A stretch of DNA of 64,000 bases from Chitinophagia bacterium (GTDB lineage Bacteria > Bacteroidota > Bacteroidia > Chitinophagales > Chitinophagaceae). The notes under the pieces are model-generated. The model saw only the letters and a program-made list of their open reading frames with translations. It was not told the origin of the DNA and made no database searches. Location: NCBI GenBank assembly GCA_037142775.1, contig JBAWZY010000003.1, forward strand, positions 160,444 through 224,443, read 5' to 3'. Positions 36,587 through 46,623 of the stretch are shown here, piece after piece (positions within the stretch are counted from its first letter, which is position 1; each line of letters begins with the position of its first letter). The translations under genes were made by a program, and so were the position numbers.

Positions 36587-38419
36587 ATGATGAAACGATT
36601 TTCCCGAATACTCTTTTATCTGCGTTCGCAGCGGAAAAATATTATATTGTATGTAATTTTTAATCTGCTCTCCGTATTATTTTCTTTGGTATCACTGGCA
36701 ATGCTGGCGCCATTTTTACAAATGCTCTTCGATCCCAATCCACCAATACCAGTGAAACCTGTTTGGCAGTTCTCAGTTACTGGAGTGAGTGGGTTGTTAG
36801 ACTGGCTAAAATATTATATAGGGTTGTTAATTCAAGACCACGGAAAAATTTATGCATTAGGGGCAATTTGCATCATGATTTTGACAGCAGTTTTTGGGAA
36901 AAATTTATTTACCTATTTATCATTTCGCGTGTTGGCTCCTATGCGGAATTATGTAATGACGAAACTGCGGGCAGATTTGTATGTAAAATTATTAGCGTTG
37001 CCTATGGGCTTTTTTACAGAACAAAAAAAAGGTGATATCATTAGCCGCATGAGTAATGATGCGAATGAAGTTGAATGGAGTGTAATGAGCACCCTAGAGG
37101 GGTTAATCAGGGAACCCATGACCATCCTGATTATTTTGATGGCGCTAATTTATACAAGTCCTACCCTATCGCTTTTCCTTTTTGTTTTATTACCAATAAC
37201 CGGCTTCATTATTGGTAGGGTAAGCAGGTCATTAAAAAAGCAATCCACTATATCGCAGGAAACACAGGGTACTTTGTTATCGATATTGGATGAAACCCTG
37301 GGTGGTTTACGAATAATCAAGGCATTCAATGCGGAAGCCTTCATGCGTAATAAATTCATTGAAACGAATCAACACCTAAACCAGGTTAGAAATAAAATGA
37401 ATTTCCGAAAAGACCTTGCCTCGCCCTTGTCAGAATTTCTTGGGGTGGCAGTGTTAACTTGTATTCTTTGGTTCGGAGGTCGGTTGGTTTTAGGAGAGGA
37501 GGGTGGACTTAGCTCTGCGAGTTTTATTACATATATCGTTTTCTTTACGCAAATCATCAATCCCGCAAAGGCGTTGTCAACTGCTTTTTACAATGCGCAA
37601 CGGGGAAGTGCTGCCATTCAGCGAATTGAAGAAATATTACAAACACCTGTACTGGTAACAGATGCTCCTGATGCAAAAACACTAACAAGATTTGAACAGG
37701 GAATTGTGTTTAATAATGTTTCCTTTGCTTATGAAGATAAATTGGTGCTGAAAAACATAAATCTGGAAATTCAAAAAGGGAAAAGCGTTGCCCTGGTAGG
37801 TACTTCAGGAGCAGGCAAAAGCTCACTTGCCGATCTTTTACCACGGTTTCATGATGTAACGGGAGGTGAGATATTGATAGATGGTGTAAACATCAAATCC
37901 TATACTCAACAATCTGTTCGCCAACTGATGGGCATTGTTACACAGGAACCCATTTTATTTAATGATACCATAGCCCGAAACATTGCATTGGGTTCAGATA
38001 TAACGGATGAAAAAGAAATTGAAAATGCTGCCCGTATTGCCAATGCATGGACTTTTATTGAACAAAAAGATGCGGGCCTACAGGAAAATATTGGTGATAG
38101 AGGAAATAAGTTAAGCGGGGGCGAGAAACAACGACTCACAATAGCCAGGGCAGTTTTGAAAAATCCACCCATTCTTATTTTAGATGAAGCTACTTCTTCT
38201 TTAGACACCGCAAGTGAAAGAAGTGTACAGGACGCCATTAACAATATGATGAAAAACAGAACTACACTGGTAATTGCTCACCGACTTAGTACCATTCGGC
38301 ATGCCGACGAAATTATTGTATTGCATCAAGGAGAAATTACTGAGCGTGGAACACACGATCAATTAATGGCATTGCAGGGTCAGTATGCAAAGCTGATAAA
38401 CATGCAGGCATTTACCTAG
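36587..38419 (+). CDS. MsbA-like ABC exporter (TMD + NBD)
   Basis: Six-helix TMD, GTSGAGKS, LSGGEKQR, ILDEATSSLD, IAHRLST. Confidence 0.92.
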   Translation: MMKRFSRILFYLRSQRKNIILYVIFNLLSVLFSLVSLAMLAPFLQMLFDPNPPIPVKPVWQFSVTGVSGLLDWLKYYIGLLIQDHGKIYALGAICIMILTAVFGKNLFTYLSFRVLAPMRNYVMTKLRADLYVKLLALPMGFFTEQKKGDIISRMSNDANEVEWSVMSTLEGLIREPMTILIILMALIYTSPTLSLFLFVLLPITGFIIGRVSRSLKKQSTISQETQGTLLSILDETLGGLRIIKAFNAEAFMRNKFIETNQHLNQVRNKMNFRKDLASPLSEFLGVAVLTCILWFGGRLVLGEEGGLSSASFITYIVFFTQIINPAKALSTAFYNAQRGSAAIQRIEEILQTPVLVTDAPDAKTLTRFEQGIVFNNVSFAYEDKLVLKNINLEIQKGKSVALVGTSGAGKSSLADLLPRFHDVTGGEILIDGVNIKSYTQQSVRQLMGIVTQEPILFNDTIARNIALGSDITDEKEIENAARIANAWTFIEQKDAGLQENIGDRGNKLSGGEKQRLTIARAVLKNPPILILDEATSSLDTASERSVQDAINNMMKNRTTLVIAHRLSTIRHADEIIVLHQGEITERGTHDQLMALQGQYAKLINMQAFT

Positions 38420-38453
38420 CAAACTCAAATAAAAATAGAAATCTTACTTTGGG

Positions 38454-39434
38454 TTACTGCTCAGCAGATGGTTTTACCAATCCCAGTTTAGCTTCCAGAG
38501 ATAAAGTAGCATGTGGTACTGCGCGCAATCTTGCTTTATCGATTAGTTTACCCGTTACTCTGCAAACCCCATAGGTTTTATTCTCTATGCGCATGGCAGC
38601 TTTTTCCAGGTGATCTATATAAGTGATCTGACGACTTGCCATTTGTCCTAATTGTTCTCTTTCCATACTCACACTACCATCTTCCATAGTCATGTAACGG
38701 GCATCATCATTGTCACCACCCATTTCATCTTTTCGTGTAATGAGCCCTTGTAAGTAGCTCAACTCTTTGCGGGCTGCTTCCAGTTTACGGGAAATTAACT
38801 CACGAAACTCATTCAATTCGGCATCACTATATCTAACAAGTGGATCCCCACTGGTTTTAGAAACATCCGTTCTTTTTTCCATCTGTGTATACCCAGGTTG
38901 ATAAGGAATACTGGTTTTGGTAGTAATCTTAGGAACCTTTACTTCCTTGATGGGCTCAAGCGGTTTTTTAACCGGTTTAACAGGAGGTGCGGGAGGTAAT
39001 TTTACTTCGGTCTTAGGTTTTGTAACAGGAGCCGGAGCGGGTTTTGCTGCTACCGGTGCTGGTTTGGGAGCAGGATTCACCGGAGCTGCTTTTATGGGAG
39101 TAGCTGCTTTTTTAATCACCGCAGCCGATTTGTTAGTAGGAGGCACAGGCTTCTTAGTAACCACTGGTTTTGCTGGTGCAGGTTTTTTGCTAACCGGATC
39201 TGATGCAGCTTTTTTTACAGGTACCGCTTTCTTAGCAGGAGCCACCTTTGCAGCCACTTTTTTTGCAGGAGCAGCAGGTTTTTTGGCTGGAGCCGCGGGT
39301 TTCTTTACAGGAGCCGCTTTTTTAGCCGCCGGAGCCGGTTTTTTGGCAGGGGCTGCTTTTTTAGGAGCTGGTTTCTTGGCAGCGGCTTTCTTTACCGGGG
39401 CCGACTTTTTTGGAGCGGGTTTTTTACTGGGCAT
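38454..39434 (-). CDS. TraR/DksA-family regulator with long N-terminal K/A/P (histone H1-like) repeat tail
   Basis: C-terminal RYSD.EL.EF..LI..KL coiled coil and RIENKTYGVCRVTGKLI.K.RL.AVPHATLS. About the first 175 aa are PAKK/APVKK repeats. Confidence 0.88.
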   Translation of the reverse strand: MPSKKPAPKKSAPVKKAAAKKPAPKKAAPAKKPAPAAKKAAPVKKPAAPAKKPAAPAKKVAAKVAPAKKAVPVKKAASDPVSKKPAPAKPVVTKKPVPPTNKSAAVIKKAATPIKAAPVNPAPKPAPVAAKPAPAPVTKPKTEVKLPPAPPVKPVKKPLEPIKEVKVPKITTKTSIPYQPGYTQMEKRTDVSKTSGDPLVRYSDAELNEFRELISRKLEAARKELSYLQGLITRKDEMGGDNDDARYMTMEDGSVSMEREQLGQMASRQITYIDHLEKAAMRIENKTYGVCRVTGKLIDKARLRAVPHATLSLEAKLGLVKPSAEQ

Positions 39435-39438
39435 GGCA

Positions 39439-42400
39439 CTATCCTTTTTTAATTACTTCCACATTTAGCAGTTCTTCATTAATGTCAACTTCCGTGCCCT
39501 GTTTTATTTGAGGCACAAATTCAATAGAATCTGCCAAAATTTCGCGGCAAATATAGTCGTTATAATTAATAATAGCAGACTTCAGGCTCTCTAGGTCCTG
39601 AACTTTTAATAAAATTCTGTCGGTAAGTGCCAATCCCATGTCTTTACGGATATTTTGTACCCGATTTACCAATTCCCTGGCATGGCCCTCCTGCTCTAAT
39701 TCGGGGGTAATTTGAATATCCAATGCAACAGTTAATCCATTTTTAACGGCTACCGTCCATCCAGGAATATCTTCCGCCAAAACCTCTACCTCCGATAGTT
39801 GTATGGTAACTGATTCATTTTCAATAGTAAATGAAATGGAACCCGTTTTTTCTAATTGCGCAATGTCGGCAGCACCCATAGCCGTGATAATATTCCCGGC
39901 TGCTTTCATGCGCTGACCGAGCCGTGAACCTAACATTTTGAAGTTTGGCTTTAGCTTTTTACTGATTATTCCCTCAGAATCTGTTATATATTCTATTTTC
40001 TTAATATTGACTTCTGCCAAAATCAGGTGCTCGATTTTTTCTATCTGCTGCTTCATTTCCGGATTCAAAACGGGAATCATCATTTTCATAAGTGGCTGGC
40101 GCACTTTGATGCTTACTTTTTTACGCAGCGACAAGCCTAAAGAACTGATATCCTGAGCCAGTTGCATCCTTTCTTCCAAACTTTTATCAATGAACTGCAC
40201 ATCAGCCACTGGATACAATACATGGTGAACAGAGGTTGTTGCTATTCTGTTGGTTACCCGATTGAGTCTGCGGAACAACGCATCACTGAAAAATGGAGAA
40301 ATAGGCGCCATCAATCGAACCAGGGTTTCCAAACATTCATACAAAGTTTGGTAGGCAGCTATCTTATCGTGTTCATAATCACCCTTCCAGAAGCGTCGCC
40401 GGCATAGGCGAACATACCAGTTACTCAGATGCTCATCGAGGAAAGTCTCCATATAACGTCCGGCAACCGTAGGTTCATACTCATCCATTGCCTGCGAAAC
40501 CTGTTGAATTAGAGTATGGAGAGAGGAAATTATCCAGCGATCAATTTCCGGACGTTCGGCAACCGGAATATATTTTTCCTCGAAGCAGAAACCATCCACA
40601 TTGGCATAGAGAATAAAAAACTGATAGGTATTATATAGTGTTCCAAAAAACTTGCGCTGTACTTCCTGAATGCCTGCCAAATCAAATTTCAGGTTATCCC
40701 AAGGGGAGGCATTGGTAATTAAATACCAGCGGGTTGCATCAGCACCAAATTGCTGGATGGTTTCGAATGGATTAACCACATTTCCCAGACGCTTACTCAT
40801 TTTATTACCATTCTTATCCAACACCAAGCCATTACTTACAACGGTTTTGTATGCAACCTGATCGAACAGCATCACCGCCAATGCATGTAAGGTATAAAAC
40901 CATCCACGGGTTTGATCTACTCCTTCCGCAATGAAATTGGCAGGAAATGCTTCCCCAGAATCAATCAGCGCCTTATTTTCAAAAGGGTAGTGCCATTGTG
41001 CATAGGGCATAGCTCCGCTATCGAACCACACATCAATTAAATCGGGCAGGCGTCGCATGGGTTTTCCGGAACTGCTTACCAGCACAATATCATCCACATA
41101 GGGTTTATGCAGATCTAATTTATCCAAATCCGAAACCCCCTTATTCACATTAGTACCCAACACCTCGTTGGCTCTTTGTATGCCTTCCATTAATTCGGCA
41201 ACCGATCCAATACAAATTTCTTCCGAACCATCTTCAGTTCTCCAGATAGGTAGTGGGGTTCCCCAGTAACGACTGCGGCTTAAATTCCAGTCCACCATAT
41301 TTTCCAACCAGTTACCAAAGCGACCTTCCCCTGTAGAGGCCGGTTTCCATTGAATGGTTTTATTCAATTCAACCATCCTGTCTTTTACTGCAGTAGTTCT
41401 AATAAACCAGGCATCAAGTGGATAATACAATATCGGCTTATCCGTTCTCCAGCAGTGCGGATAGCTGTGCTCATATTTTTCAACTTTAAACGCACGGTTT
41501 TCTTTCTTTAACTGTACACTGATATCAACATTCACATCAACCCACTCACTATCATCTTTATAGTTCTTAACATATCTTCCTGAGTAGTCGCCCATGCCTT
41601 CTACAAACTTTCCCTGACGGTCTACCAATGTAAGAATTCCGATACCATATCGGGAACCCACTTTATAGTCGTCTGCACCAAATGCGGGGGCTGTGTGAAC
41701 GATACCCGTGCCATCCTCAGTAGTTACAAAGTCGGCGGTTAATACGCGGAAGGGGTCTGCCTCGGGAGTAATGGACTTTATTTTTTCCAGACTATTTGCT
41801 TCCAGGGGAATCAATTGTTCGTATCGTAGTCCTTCCAAATCAGCACCTGTACAAGTAGCCAGTATTTCCCAGGGTATGATAGATGATTTTTCATTGTAAG
41901 ATGCGAAATCAGCCTGATTACCTTCCGGCTTACAATATTTTTGCAAAAGGTTTTTAGCAACCACTATATTAACCGGAATATGTGTGTAAGGATTAAAAGT
42001 TCGCACCAGCACATATTCTATGTTGGGCCCAACGGTTAACCCCAGGTTGGAAGGCAAAGTCCAGGGAGTGGTAGTCCATGCCATCAGATAAATATCTGGC
42101 GAAGACAAATGAGTGCTGCTATCGCTGAGCGATTGGAATAAAAATGCAGCCTTCTCGGAATGTTTCAATTTAAACATGGCCACCACACTGGTATCCTTCA
42201 CATTTTTATAGGTACCGGGTTGATTGAGTTCGTGAGAGCTGAGTCCGGTGCCGGCTGCCGGAGAATAAGGCTGGATGCTAACACTTTGATAGAGCAGTCC
42301 TTTTTGATAGAGTTGCTGTAAAATCCACCAAAGGGTTTCGATGTAGTTGTTTTCGAAAGTGATATAGGGATTTTTCAAATCAACCCAATACCCCATTTGT

Positions 42401-42813
42401 TCGGTGAGAGAGTCCCACTGATCTTTAAACCGCAATACCGCTTTACGACATTGCTGATTATACTCCTCAACAGAAATCGTTTTGCCAATATCTTCTTTCG
42501 TGATGCCGAGTTCTTTTTCCACGCCCAATTCAACGGGTAAGCCGTGGGTATCCCAGCCTCCTTTGCGTTTCACCTGGAAGCCCTGCATGGTTTTGTATCT
42601 GCAAACCAGGTCTTTCAGGGTACGGGAAATCACGTGATGAATACCAGGCATACCATTAGCGCTGGGCGGACCTTCGTAAAAAACAAAAGGTTGATTTCCC
42701 TCCCGAATGCGCACACTTTCTTCAAAAGTTTGTTCAGTTTTCCAAAAAGCAAGTATTTCCTGCTCTATAGCCGGTAGATTCAACCCGGTAAATTCGGCAT
42801 ATTTTTCACTCAT
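39439..42813 (-). CDS. ileS: Isoleucine--tRNA ligase (type 2)
   Basis: FYEGPPSANGMPGIHH, GWDTHGLP, WTTTPWTL, GTGIVH.AP, WNLSRSRYWGTP, KMSKR, WYVRLCRRRFW. Confidence 0.98.
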   Translation of the reverse strand: MSEKYAEFTGLNLPAIEQEILAFWKTEQTFEESVRIREGNQPFVFYEGPPSANGMPGIHHVISRTLKDLVCRYKTMQGFQVKRKGGWDTHGLPVELGVEKELGITKEDIGKTISVEEYNQQCRKAVLRFKDQWDSLTEQMGYWVDLKNPYITFENNYIETLWWILQQLYQKGLLYQSVSIQPYSPAAGTGLSSHELNQPGTYKNVKDTSVVAMFKLKHSEKAAFLFQSLSDSSTHLSSPDIYLMAWTTTPWTLPSNLGLTVGPNIEYVLVRTFNPYTHIPVNIVVAKNLLQKYCKPEGNQADFASYNEKSSIIPWEILATCTGADLEGLRYEQLIPLEANSLEKIKSITPEADPFRVLTADFVTTEDGTGIVHTAPAFGADDYKVGSRYGIGILTLVDRQGKFVEGMGDYSGRYVKNYKDDSEWVDVNVDISVQLKKENRAFKVEKYEHSYPHCWRTDKPILYYPLDAWFIRTTAVKDRMVELNKTIQWKPASTGEGRFGNWLENMVDWNLSRSRYWGTPLPIWRTEDGSEEICIGSVAELMEGIQRANEVLGTNVNKGVSDLDKLDLHKPYVDDIVLVSSSGKPMRRLPDLIDVWFDSGAMPYAQWHYPFENKALIDSGEAFPANFIAEGVDQTRGWFYTLHALAVMLFDQVAYKTVVSNGLVLDKNGNKMSKRLGNVVNPFETIQQFGADATRWYLITNASPWDNLKFDLAGIQEVQRKFFGTLYNTYQFFILYANVDGFCFEEKYIPVAERPEIDRWIISSLHTLIQQVSQAMDEYEPTVAGRYMETFLDEHLSNWYVRLCRRRFWKGDYEHDKIAAYQTLYECLETLVRLMAPISPFFSDALFRRLNRVTNRIATTSVHHVLYPVADVQFIDKSLEERMQLAQDISSLGLSLRKKVSIKVRQPLMKMMIPVLNPEMKQQIEKIEHLILAEVNIKKIEYITDSEGIISKKLKPNFKMLGSRLGQRMKAAGNIITAMGAADIAQLEKTGSISFTIENESVTIQLSEVEVLAEDIPGWTVAVKNGLTVALDIQITPELEQEGHARELVNRVQNIRKDMGLALTDRILLKVQDLESLKSAIINYNDYICREILADSIEFVPQIKQGTEVDINEELLNVEVIKKG

Positions 42814-42865
42814 AACCTGATATACTTATCAATACTAAAAAGGGCTACAACCCTTATAAAGTGGG

Positions 42866-42873
42866 CAAAGGTA
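42866..42873 (-). promoter_or_regulatory. -7 element (TACCTTTG) for ileS
   Basis: Exact TAnnTTTG match about 50 nt upstream of the ileS ATG. Confidence 0.55.
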
Positions 42874-43067
42874 CTAAAAAGAGGCGTTGGGTGGGAGTGG
42901 GAAATGTTCAACAATACATTAGAAAATACCCAATATGATCTCATTTAACATGAAAAACAAGAAATCCTTCCGGGCAGGCATCTGTTTAATTGGTCAAATT
43001 CTTGGAATTGGATTCTGCTTAGGTTATTTAATTGCTTCGTAATTTTAATTCAACCAAAGCAAATTTT

Positions 43068-43469
43068 ATGAAAAAGAAACCAGTATTATCAATTTTCATC
43101 CTATTATTCAGTGTAGTTACTTCCTACAGCCAAAATCAAGTTACACAAGCTCCCCGAACCTACGAGTATAAACAAATCACTGCCATTGAATCGGTAGTTC
43201 CAGGTGGTTTGGGCAGATCACGGATCCTATCGACAGATCTTAACGGCCAAACCCGTGAAAAGGAACTAAAGAATTTCTATAGCCTTGTGGGTATCAACTT
43301 TGATAATATCACCAACAATGACCGGGTAATTGTTGAAAGACTGAACGAGTTTAGTGATCAGGGTTGTGAATTGTTTTCAGTTATCACCGGCAGTAACCAA
43401 CAATCATCAGGAGGCACCAGTTCTGGGGGCATTTTTATTACCCGCTATATTTTCAGGAGACAGAAATAA
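43068..43469 (+). CDS. Small secreted conserved hypothetical protein
   Basis: Sec signal (…SYS-Q), EYKQIT.IESVVPGGLGRSR, LNE…G(C)EL..V, ending ITRYIFRR. Start set at the ATG at 43068. Confidence 0.7.
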   Translation: MKKKPVLSIFILLFSVVTSYSQNQVTQAPRTYEYKQITAIESVVPGGLGRSRILSTDLNGQTREKELKNFYSLVGINFDNITNNDRVIVERLNEFSDQGCELFSVITGSNQQSSGGTSSGGIFITRYIFRRQK

Positions 43470-43478
43470 AATTCCAAT

Positions 43479-44057
43479 CTACTGAAAACTTGTGCTTCCA
43501 TTTGGCTGATAGGTATACTGAAACTTATACAATAAAGTAGTAGGTACCATGCCTACAAAAGGTGCATATTCAACAGATAACAGCTGCATTTTGGCATAGC
43601 GCAACCCATCTGCTGTTCTGAAAATAAATACTTTACCTGCTTTGGGTGTAAGACTTCGTGTAAGCGAATTGTAATCGTACCAGCTACCATCTTTTATCGC
43701 AAGCCGGGTAGCAGTGGTATCATAACTATAGCCGCTGGTTGGTGCCGATTTAATATCTGAAAAAATTCCATCCTGCATAATTACACCGGCACTGCCAGGG
43801 CCGCTTGCATTGCTATTCACCAAAAATTTGGTAAAGCGGAGCGCAAAGTCCCACTTGGTTGTTGTGGAATCAGTGCTGGTAACCAGTGTACTATCTTTAA
43901 AACTAAAAAAGCTAAAATTAGTAGCAGTACTAAATGGAACTGTTAGCGTTTGAGTAGACGTAACCACTGGAACCACTGCCACAGTAGCATCTTTTTTACA
44001 ACCAACTACTAAAACAAACATAGTTAACATCATTGCTGCAAGTAGATTCTTTTTCAT
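43479..44057 (-). CDS. HmuY-family lipoprotein
   Basis: Lipobox VVGC followed by KKD, F.FFSF, WDFAL, NS..SGPG.AG, WY.Y, VFIFRTADG.YAK.Q.LS. Directly downstream of a TonB receptor. Confidence 0.8.
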   Translation of the reverse strand: MKKNLLAAMMLTMFVLVVGCKKDATVAVVPVVTSTQTLTVPFSTATNFSFFSFKDSTLVTSTDSTTTKWDFALRFTKFLVNSNASGPGSAGVIMQDGIFSDIKSAPTSGYSYDTTATRLAIKDGSWYDYNSLTRSLTPKAGKVFIFRTADGLRYAKMQLLSVEYAPFVGMVPTTLLYKFQYTYQPNGSTSFQ

Positions 44058-44078
44058 TTTCTCTTTTTTTATTTATGG

Positions 44079-46223
44079 TTATTTTTTATTGTTTGTATTT
44101 GATAAACTGCAAAGCAGGGAAACAAAAATTGTTCTTCCGGGTAATTGGGGTTGCTGAACCGAGTGCGTATAATTCAGTATGTTTTCAATACCCAATTGGA
44201 TACTGGTATTTTTGGTAATTGACTTAGCAGTAGTAAAATTGAGTAGGGTAAATCCGGATGTCATTTCCCTTGGATCATCAATAATCTGATTGCCATTGAT
44301 ATCCATCCATCCAGCTGCAGAGCGATAGATTGCACGGAGATTCGCATAGAATCCGGTTGCAGGTTGCTCGTATCCAATTTTTACCTGAGCAGTATGCTTC
44401 GAACGGTTGGGTAGTCCCAGATAATCTTGCTGTTTTACCAGTTCGGTAATAAATGTTTGCGGATCTCTTCGATAAATTTTTTGAGCAGCTATGGCTGCAA
44501 CCACATCTCTGTCTTTTGCTTCTAAATATTGATACCCCAATGAACATTTCAATCTAGCCGAAATATTTACTTGAAAATCTGCTTCTATCCCACCAGTATA
44601 AATTCTTCCTACATTATGATAGGAATAAACAGGAAGTCCGTTACTACGAGTAAATGGAAGTGAAAAAAAATCAATCAATTGATTAATCTCATTATAAAAG
44701 ATTCCCAAACTTGCCTGCCATCCTGCTGCGCGATATCCTGCAGAACCATGAATACCCATGCCGTATTCGGGTAATAGACTGGCTGGTTTGAGATAAGGAT
44801 CAATTTGTGCTCCGCTTTGCAATAACCCAGCCTGCTGTAATCGAAGCAATTCCTGAGGTAAGGTTTGAGCACCTAATAATGAATACCCAATTTGAGGATT
44901 ATTATAATTCAGATAAAGATGCCGGAAGTCAGGTGCCTTAAAGCCTCCACCAATGGAAGCAGCTATTTTCCAACGCTCATCAGGCTTCCAGGCAATCGCT
45001 AATCGGGGGCTAAATTTTGCCCGGAAATCCTGACGTTCATCTATTCTTGCACCGGCAATAACGGTTAGATGATATGTTGGTATTTTCCATTCCTGCTGTA
45101 CAAATGCATACCAGGTATTCAGCGACGGATTTCCCTGATAACGCGTAGCTGTTACTGCATCAACCATAAACCCTGCCCCGGCTACCATTTGTCCAAATAA
45201 TACTTTGGGAAATTGCAACTGCATTTCCTGCTTTACAAGTTGCTGCCTGAAATTTAATTCATCGAAGCGCGCACCGGTTTTTTCCAGATTTACATAAGCA
45301 TTATTCTCATAGGTATTTACAAAACTTCGTATATACAATTTGGCTGCACCCGGCAACAGATATCGCCATTGAAAAAACGCGGTTGCATCCTGTTCGGTGG
45401 CTTTGCCAGCAACAATTTCCGGTGTAGCCTGTAATTGTATTTGATATCGGTTTTGCTGATTTTGCTGATTGAGCCGAAAGGAAAATGAAAGTTGACTTTT
45501 TGCGGATAATTCCTGCACCCATTTGAAATTAGCACTGGTTATCTGATAGGGGTCTACCGTTTTACCAAAAGTAGCAGGATCTAAATCATATCCCCCGGAA
45601 CTGTATTGATGTAAAAATGCCTGAATACCTGTGGAATGCTGTTGATGACTAAAAGAAAGGGTTGCACTGGATGTGTTGCGGGATGCTCCATAAGCTTGAA
45701 CATCTAATCGGTTACCTTGAGGTTTTTGAGTGAGGATATTAATTACCCCTGCCATAGCTTCACTTCCATACAAGCAAGAGGAGGGTCCTTTCACAATCTC
45801 CAGTTGCTGGATATTCCCTATGGCAATCCTACCTAAATTCACAATACCGGCATTCCTTCCAACCAATGGTTCTCCATCCAATAAAATCAATGTATATGCA
45901 GGATCTAATCCCATGATTTGAATGCCCTGACCAAATGGATTGGGGTACCCGTTGAGCGAACTAGCCAGTGGAGCATTCACTACTGCAAGCCCAGTTTGTT
46001 CCTGAAGCACATCTTGCAAACGCAACAAGCCTGTTTGCTGAATCTGTTTTGAAGAAACCAATGTTACCGGAACTGCTACATTACTTAGTTTTCCTGCTAC
46101 TCGGGTGGAAGTGATTACAAGGGGTTCGCTTGATCCAAATAGTGTATCAGATACAATTCGGGGTTGGGCGTATCCCTTAAAATAAGTGAAAAGTAGTAAA
46201 CCGAAGATAACCCTTAGCAACAT
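44079..46223 (-). CDS. TonB-dependent receptor (HmuR/CirA-like)
   Basis: Plug domain (VITSTR, LILLDGEP, IEIVKGPSS.LYGSEAMAGVINI), FKAP motif, terminal GIENI...PGR.IF strand. Confidence 0.92.
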   Translation of the reverse strand: MLLRVIFGLLLFTYFKGYAQPRIVSDTLFGSSEPLVITSTRVAGKLSNVAVPVTLVSSKQIQQTGLLRLQDVLQEQTGLAVVNAPLASSLNGYPNPFGQGIQIMGLDPAYTLILLDGEPLVGRNAGIVNLGRIAIGNIQQLEIVKGPSSCLYGSEAMAGVINILTQKPQGNRLDVQAYGASRNTSSATLSFSHQQHSTGIQAFLHQYSSGGYDLDPATFGKTVDPYQITSANFKWVQELSAKSQLSFSFRLNQQNQQNRYQIQLQATPEIVAGKATEQDATAFFQWRYLLPGAAKLYIRSFVNTYENNAYVNLEKTGARFDELNFRQQLVKQEMQLQFPKVLFGQMVAGAGFMVDAVTATRYQGNPSLNTWYAFVQQEWKIPTYHLTVIAGARIDERQDFRAKFSPRLAIAWKPDERWKIAASIGGGFKAPDFRHLYLNYNNPQIGYSLLGAQTLPQELLRLQQAGLLQSGAQIDPYLKPASLLPEYGMGIHGSAGYRAAGWQASLGIFYNEINQLIDFFSLPFTRSNGLPVYSYHNVGRIYTGGIEADFQVNISARLKCSLGYQYLEAKDRDVVAAIAAQKIYRRDPQTFITELVKQQDYLGLPNRSKHTAQVKIGYEQPATGFYANLRAIYRSAAGWMDINGNQIIDDPREMTSGFTLLNFTTAKSITKNTSIQLGIENILNYTHSVQQPQLPGRTIFVSLLCSLSNTNNKK

Positions 46224-46623
46224 GCTTCAATTTTCGAACACAAAATTGATACAGATGATATATGCAATTGCCACAGTTTTGTAAAAAGAAGCACAGCGAA
46301 AATAATATGACATTAGCGTGACAATATGCAGTTGTTTTTGTTAAATGAGTGGAAGACATCCATAATTTTCATCTTAATTGATTGCGTATTGAAACACTGC
46401 AATTTTTTATCATCAAAAAAAGAAAATTCAATAAATAAATTAAAAATAATGTATTTACGTTTTTAATTGTTTATCATATATTTAAATATATTAAATTGCC
46501 TGTTGTTTGCTACAACAACGTTAAAAAACCGAATTTCACATATTTATACGCATGCTAACATACTGAGGGCAGCAATTTTAGTTTAATTTGTATCTATAAT
46601 TGCACTCCGAATTGGGAATTTGT

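Noticed and set aside
38917-39468. 183-aa plus-strand ORF rich in Gly/Ala/Phe/Leu (FLAGAAGF repeats)
   Set aside because: Antisense shadow of the PAKK repeats of the DksA gene; the low-complexity sense codons leave the opposite frame stop-free.
46476-46491. 16-bp palindrome ATATATTTAAATATAT
   Set aside because: A/T only, inside the most AT-rich spacer, so likely chance.
46224-46623. Possible cobalamin riboswitch or Fur box upstream of the TonB receptor
   Set aside because: No B12-box-like or GATAATGATAATCATTATC-like sequence found by eye. The spacer is simply very AT-rich. An Infernal scan would be decisive.
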